Below are positions 15,950 through 20,000 of a stretch of 20,000 nt of DNA, in pieces. Positions within the stretch are counted from its first letter, which is position 1. Every line of letters begins with the position of its first letter. Position numbers and translations under genes: made by a program. Under the pieces are notes generated by a model, which saw nothing but the letters and a program-made list of their open reading frames with translations, did no database searches and was not told where the DNA came from. The DNA is from an uncultured virus (IMG/VR IMGVR_UViG_3300025770_000897) (Duplodnaviria; Heunggongvirae; Uroviricota; Caudoviricetes): IMG/VR virus record IMGVR_UViG_3300025770_000897; one strand, 5' to 3'.

Positions 15950-16840
15950 TTACTTCATAAATCCAAAGATGTGAGCGATAACATCCACAGTCCAACCGTT
16001 TCCGATGGCTCGACGACGTTGAGTTTCAGCAATACCTTCCGTATATCCATCTGGCAAGGTTTGAAGTCGTTCACATTCCAGATTAGTGAAATCTCTCCAA
16101 TCATCTTTGACTGGACTTCCGTAAGCATCTGGATACCTACCATGTGGCAAACGACTAACTACTGCATCCTTTGAAACTGTGGTCAAGCAAGGAACTTTCG
16201 TAGAATCCTTTCGCACTTGTAGGCATTGAGTAATTGGCACAGACTTGTCATAATCTTTACGAACTCCGTCGGCATTCAATCTTCGGCCAACTACATTGGC
16301 TGCATTTGGATAATCATCCGATTCCAGAATGTCTGAAAGTTTGATACCACGGTCTGCTGGAATCACTACGTCGGGAATGTTAGTCCAGTAATATCGCTTT
16401 CGATTTTGAGCCGATACCAGATTGGAGTTGATAAACACAGGCTCCACACCCAATGCTGCCGAGATAGCATCTCGCACATCATCACTCATTACCACATTTT
16501 CTAACAACCAATACTTAGGTTTGTAATGATTTACAATATCCAAAAACTCAAAGAACAATTTACTGCGTGGGTCATCAAAGTTTAATTGCCGACCTGCGGT
16601 TGAAAATCCTTGACACGGGCTTCCTCCAATAATCAAATCTAAGTTTTCAAGGTCCCAATCACGCCATTTGGTAATATCACCCAGTTGCACGGTGTCAGGC
16701 CAATTCTTTTGAGTAACTTTAATTGGATTCTTGTCAATTTCAGAGGCATAATACTGGTCGTGTTCAATACCTGCTCGTTCCAAAGCAACTTGTCCACAAG
16801 AAATACCGTCAAACAATCCGAGAACATTACGAAGTTTCAT
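15950..16840 (-). CDS. DNA (cytosine-5)-methyltransferase, 296 aa
   Basis: Motifs I LFDGISCG, IV GGSPCQGFS, VI LLENV, VIII QNRKRYYW, IX ECERLQTLPDGYT and X IGNGW. ATGA overlap with the upstream paralog. Confidence 0.95.
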   Translation of the reverse strand: MKLRNVLGLFDGISCGQVALERAGIEHDQYYASEIDKNPIKVTQKNWPDTVQLGDITKWRDWDLENLDLIIGGSPCQGFSTAGRQLNFDDPRSKLFFEFLDIVNHYKPKYWLLENVVMSDDVRDAISAALGVEPVFINSNLVSAQNRKRYYWTNIPDVVIPADRGIKLSDILESDDYPNAANVVGRRLNADGVRKDYDKSVPITQCLQVRKDSTKVPCLTTVSKDAVVSRLPHGRYPDAYGSPVKDDWRDFTNLECERLQTLPDGYTEGIAETQRRRAIGNGWTVDVIAHIFGFMK

Positions 16841-17622
16841 TCGGAGTCCTCCATGTTCCTAAAAATGTGGGAGATAACATCTACTGTCCATCCATTTCCG
16901 AGAGTTTTGTATCGTTGAGTATTTGATATGCCGTTGGTGTAATCGTCAGGTAATGTTTGAAGTCTTTCGCATTCCAATACCGTTAGTTTTCGTGAGTGCG
17001 TGTTGTCTATGCTGTCCCATTCATGTCGGTCATAACTTTGGCGACCACCTACTCGAAGGCACTTACTTTTAGGTCTAACCGTAATGCCCGCTTCCGCAGG
17101 GATTTCCAAAATAGACTCCAAATTGATACTTTGGTCTGCGGGAAGTTCTACATTAGGAATGTTAGTCCAGTAAAGCCTACGTCTGTTTTGTGCCGAAACT
17201 AAATTGGAGTTTATCATAATTGGTTCCACACCAAGTTCTTTCGATATAGCATCTTGAATATCTTGCCTCATTTTTACATTTTCCAATAGGAAATACTTCG
17301 GTTTAAAGTGTTGAACAATGGCTAAGAACTCAAAAAACAAACTGCTTCTGGGGTCATCAAAGTTTAATTGCTTACCTGCTAAAGAAAATCCTTGACACGG
17401 GCTTCCACCCATTACCAAATCTAAGTTCTCAATGTCCCACGATTTCCAATCAGTTACAGAACCCATTTGAACGGTATCAGGAAATTGCTTTTGTGTTACC
17501 TGCATAGCATACTTGTCTATTTCAGAAGCATGATATTTTTCGTATTCAATACCTGCACGCTGCAAAGCAACTTGCCCGCAAGAAATACCGTCGAACAATC
17601 CGAGAACATTACGAAGCCTCAT
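16837..17622 (-). CDS. DNA (cytosine-5)-methyltransferase paralog, 261 aa (start revised from 17640)
   Basis: Same C5-MTase motifs. MRLRNVLGLFDG aligns with the paralog's MKLRNVLGLFDG start. TATA box TTTAAATA begins 31 nt upstream. Confidence 0.95.
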   Translation of the reverse strand: MRLRNVLGLFDGISCGQVALQRAGIEYEKYHASEIDKYAMQVTQKQFPDTVQMGSVTDWKSWDIENLDLVMGGSPCQGFSLAGKQLNFDDPRSSLFFEFLAIVQHFKPKYFLLENVKMRQDIQDAISKELGVEPIMINSNLVSAQNRRRLYWTNIPNVELPADQSINLESILEIPAEAGITVRPKSKCLRVGGRQSYDRHEWDSIDNTHSRKLTVLECERLQTLPDDYTNGISNTQRYKTLGNGWTVDVISHIFRNMEDSE

Positions 17623-17645
17623 GTTTTTGATTACACTCAAGCACC

Positions 17646-17682
17646 TATTTAAAGTTGTGGGCCTGAATCTTTAAGTATCAGA
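17646..17682. promoter_or_regulatory. Back-to-back divergent TATA boxes
   Basis: TTTAAATA on - (17653-17646) is 31 nt from ATG 17622. TTTAAGTATCAGA on + (17670-17682) is 30 nt from ATG 17700. Confidence 0.7.
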
Positions 17683-17699
17683 GTAACTACATTTTTATT

Positions 17700-18371
17700 A
17701 TGAGGGATGAGTTTTACGAAGATTTGGACATCTTTTTCCAAGAAGTTTTTTCAACTGACCCTCCTGCTTTGTCTCCAGAATATCCGTTTGCTGAAGTGAA
17801 AGTTTGGCAACAACTTGACCAAGAATATCCCGGTGCGGTGGACCTTCAAAATCGAGTGTTTGATTACATGGACAACGTGGGAGTTACTTTTTGGCACTCA
17901 AACCCTGACGCTAAAAATTACTATGAATGGCTTGACGACGCTCGTGAGGGAAAAGTCATAGACCCACGCCAACGGGAAAAAGAAATCAGAGAAGAATTGT
18001 ATTACACTCCAGATTACTTGACAGTTGCAGATGTCAATTGGAAAGTTTCGGTGCTTAACCCTGCTATGACTTATCGTATTGAAACTTCATCTAACGAAAA
18101 GATTCTTTCTCCAGAAGATTGGTTCGATTACATTCGTGGTAAGGCTACACTTTCATTAAGTATGTCTGCTAAATCCAATCAGCCTTCGTTCATTTACACC
18201 AACGGTAATGTTTTCTTGCTGATACAAAATCAAGATGTGTATGTTTTAGGCAAACCTCAAATCCAAGAATCGCTCAAGTATTTTGTCAAGGACAGCCTTT
18301 TAGTTACCACTTTTGCTGTGCCAGTCCTCAATTGGACTTTCAACTTCCCCTCTAAACTACTTCGTCGTTAA
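17700..18371 (+). CDS. Hypothetical protein, 223 aa
   Basis: Long ORF with a TATA box at exactly -30. Acidic and aromatic-rich; no family recognised. Its 3' end overlaps the convergent gene by 20 nt. Confidence 0.7.
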   Translation: MRDEFYEDLDIFFQEVFSTDPPALSPEYPFAEVKVWQQLDQEYPGAVDLQNRVFDYMDNVGVTFWHSNPDAKNYYEWLDDAREGKVIDPRQREKEIREELYYTPDYLTVADVNWKVSVLNPAMTYRIETSSNEKILSPEDWFDYIRGKATLSLSMSAKSNQPSFIYTNGNVFLLIQNQDVYVLGKPQIQESLKYFVKDSLLVTTFAVPVLNWTFNFPSKLLRR

Positions 18372-19293
18372 GGTTGTGTTTCACAGCAATTATTTCTGGT
18401 CGCACAGGATAACTGACGATTTCATCTTTATTGAGAAACATTACTTGAAAGTTTCCAGAACTGTCATCGGTAGGCAACTCTGTGCGGAACACATACTCAG
18501 GAGGTCGAAACACTAAATTGTCATCCACACCTGAACTAACATCACTTGTAATTTTGACTTCATAGCGTTCCAAAATCTGTTCCAATCTGCTCACGGGCAT
18601 TCCCGTGGCTCCTGCACGACCTGTGCTGGCTGCGTGGGTTGAAACTTTGGCGTTACCCAGAAACTTTCCAGCCAATGTTGGGTCTGAAATTACTAACGCT
18701 TCCAATTGTTTGCGAACTTCTTGCATAACTTTCGGTTTCCAAAACTCTGATGCTTGATTAGCGGGCAACGTGCTTCTCCAAGTTTCAAAATCCACTTGCC
18801 ACCAAATATCCATGTAATCTTCTTCACCTTCTTCAACGCTGGCTGCGGGTCCTTTCTGCACGTTTCTTCCGAGAGTTTTACCCTCGAATCCTGTGATACC
18901 GCCGTAATACACCAATGAATAGTTTTCAATCTTCACAAAGTTGGGAATCCAAGCCCCACCGTCTTTTACAATAATTGGTTGTTCAGCACCTGTGGAATCA
19001 GGCAAAGTCTGACCACTCATCGTTTTGACTGTTGTTTCTAAGGCTTTAGCGGCGGCTGTGGCGGAGTTACCTGCTAACATTTGATTCAAAAACTCGAACC
19101 TTTTCTGGGCAGCCGTTTTGTTTATTCGGAATCGACCTCTTTTGATACTCCACTTAATACCCTTCAAAGCCAAATAAGTTTTGAGTGTTTTCGGAGTCGT
19201 GCGAGCCAATCGAGTAGCCGCCGTCATAGATACATCACGAGTCAGCAACAATTGAAGTGCTGTTAAAGCCCGTTGTGTTGTTGCCACATCCAT
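18352..19293 (-). CDS. Putative DNA-binding protein with two N-terminal HTH-like repeats, 313 aa
   Basis: LLLTRDVSMTAATRLARTTPKTLKTY and QMLAGNSATAAAKALETTVKTMS are similar HTH-like units joined by a basic linker. The C-terminal region is unrecognised. Confidence 0.6.
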   Translation of the reverse strand: MDVATTQRALTALQLLLTRDVSMTAATRLARTTPKTLKTYLALKGIKWSIKRGRFRINKTAAQKRFEFLNQMLAGNSATAAAKALETTVKTMSGQTLPDSTGAEQPIIVKDGGAWIPNFVKIENYSLVYYGGITGFEGKTLGRNVQKGPAASVEEGEEDYMDIWWQVDFETWRSTLPANQASEFWKPKVMQEVRKQLEALVISDPTLAGKFLGNAKVSTHAASTGRAGATGMPVSRLEQILERYEVKITSDVSSGVDDNLVFRPPEYVFRTELPTDDSSGNFQVMFLNKDEIVSYPVRPEIIAVKHNLNDEVV

Positions 19294-19311
19294 GTTTCAT
19301 CATACCCCAAT

Positions 19312-19323
19312 CAACTACTTAAG
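19312..19323 (-). promoter_or_regulatory. TATA box CTTAAGTAGTTG overlapping the upstream stop codon
   Basis: Begins at 19323 on the - strand, exactly 30 nt upstream of ATG 19293. Confidence 0.75.
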
Positions 19324-20000
19324 GCTGCTCATCGTCGCCTATCATTTCAACCCATCCAGACCATTTGCCTTTGAACTTATTTCCATTCGGATTGATGTAT
19401 TTAAGATTGACTAACTCATCCCATTCTTTTTCGTTAAACGGTATAACGTCCAGCATATCTTTCAGTGACTCATAAATGCCGCCATTGACTTCATAGGCGT
19501 AATCCTTTAATCGGTCAGCCACCATAGCAATTCTTTCAGAAGACCCTCTGGCAAAGTGCCTCCAACCAGCATCGTGTTTCAGCGTGTCCATACTTGTTTC
19601 AAACAGTTTTTCAGCGTGCCATAAACTTGTAATTGAAACTTCTCGTTCACCGTTCAACCGAGCAATACCTTTGCACAGATTGACAAACTCTTGGAACTTT
19701 CGGAAATCACGGGTAGCACGTCCACCACCCAAGAAAGCACCCTTGAATATATCGCTTTTCTTGAGTTTATCCATGCTCTTGCGAATATCACTTCTGAGAC
19801 TTTCGTAGTTGGGGTCCATAGCCGAGACATACCTTAGATATTCACGGAAGAAGTTTCGCCACATTTCCAGATTATTATTGAAGTCTTTCTTCTTATAGAC
19901 TCCATTCATAGAATCCATGATTTTGTCTTCAATCAAGTGGTCTGTGTCGTCGCCTTGTGTCAGAGACATTTTAGCGAAAATCAAAGTCAATCGGCTCATC
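19319..20000 (-). CDS. C-terminal part of a divergent MCM-like AAA+ helicase (5'-truncated by the window edge)
   Basis: MSRLTLIF resembles the MCM arginine-finger LSRFDLIF. FREYLRYV resembles LRKYIAYA, and RKFQEFVNLCKGIARLNGEREVS....HAEKLFETSM resembles the lid motif RQLESLIRL.EA.AR.....V...D...A..L...S. Walker motifs would lie outside the window. Confidence 0.7.
   Translation of the reverse strand, partial: MSRLTLIFAKMSLTQGDDTDHLIEDKIMDSMNGVYKKKDFNNNLEMWRNFFREYLRYVSAMDPNYESLRSDIRKSMDKLKKSDIFKGAFLGGGRATRDFRKFQEFVNLCKGIARLNGEREVSITSLWHAEKLFETSMDTLKHDAGWRHFARGSSERIAMVADRLKDYAYEVNGGIYESLKDMLDVIPFNEKEWDELVNLKYINPNGNKFKGKWSGWVEMIGDDEQP

Noticed and set aside
15950..17622. Complete type II restriction-modification system
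   Set aside because: No endonuclease is recognisable next to the methyltransferases, so they are treated as orphans.
6715..20000. Ordinary archaeal chromosome flanking a provirus
   Set aside because: No housekeeping neighbours, integrase or att site are visible, and both halves share the same promoter motif and AGCT avoidance. It cannot be fully excluded without the rest of the contig.

Overview
Gene-dense fragment that looks like the genome of an archaeal virus, provirus or large extrachromosomal element. The host is probably a marine euryarchaeon such as Poseidoniales/Thermoplasmatota (inference from PolD, an MCM-like protein, a SAP-domain protein, TATA boxes and GGTGA-type ribosome-binding sites). 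Bases 1-6708 (+ strand) are a virion-structural block: two possible beta-sandwich proteins, four Gly/Thr-rich fibre or spike proteins that share modules, and three small ORFs. Bases 6715-20000 (mostly - strand) encode a full-length family D DNA polymerase large subunit (DP2), two large mosaic proteins, a small membrane protein, a membrane-anchored SAP protein, two tandem C5 DNA methyltransferases, a tandem-HTH protein and the C-terminus of an MCM-like helicase. Main observations: (1) a PolD catalytic subunit next to virion genes, with a DnaJ-type zinc-finger insertion and a CDGDID active-site variant; (2) two apparent polyproteins whose unrelated small domains are delimited by about 17 copies of a [FLMK]-x-[ASG]-E motif, suggesting protease-processed cargo; (3) a TTTAAGTA-type TATA box exactly 30 nt upstream of eight start codons, which corrects several ORF starts; (4) apparent absence of AGCT and GATC; (5) a hairpin-dense 150-nt intergenic segment. 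All family assignments come from motif recognition by eye; no database search was run.
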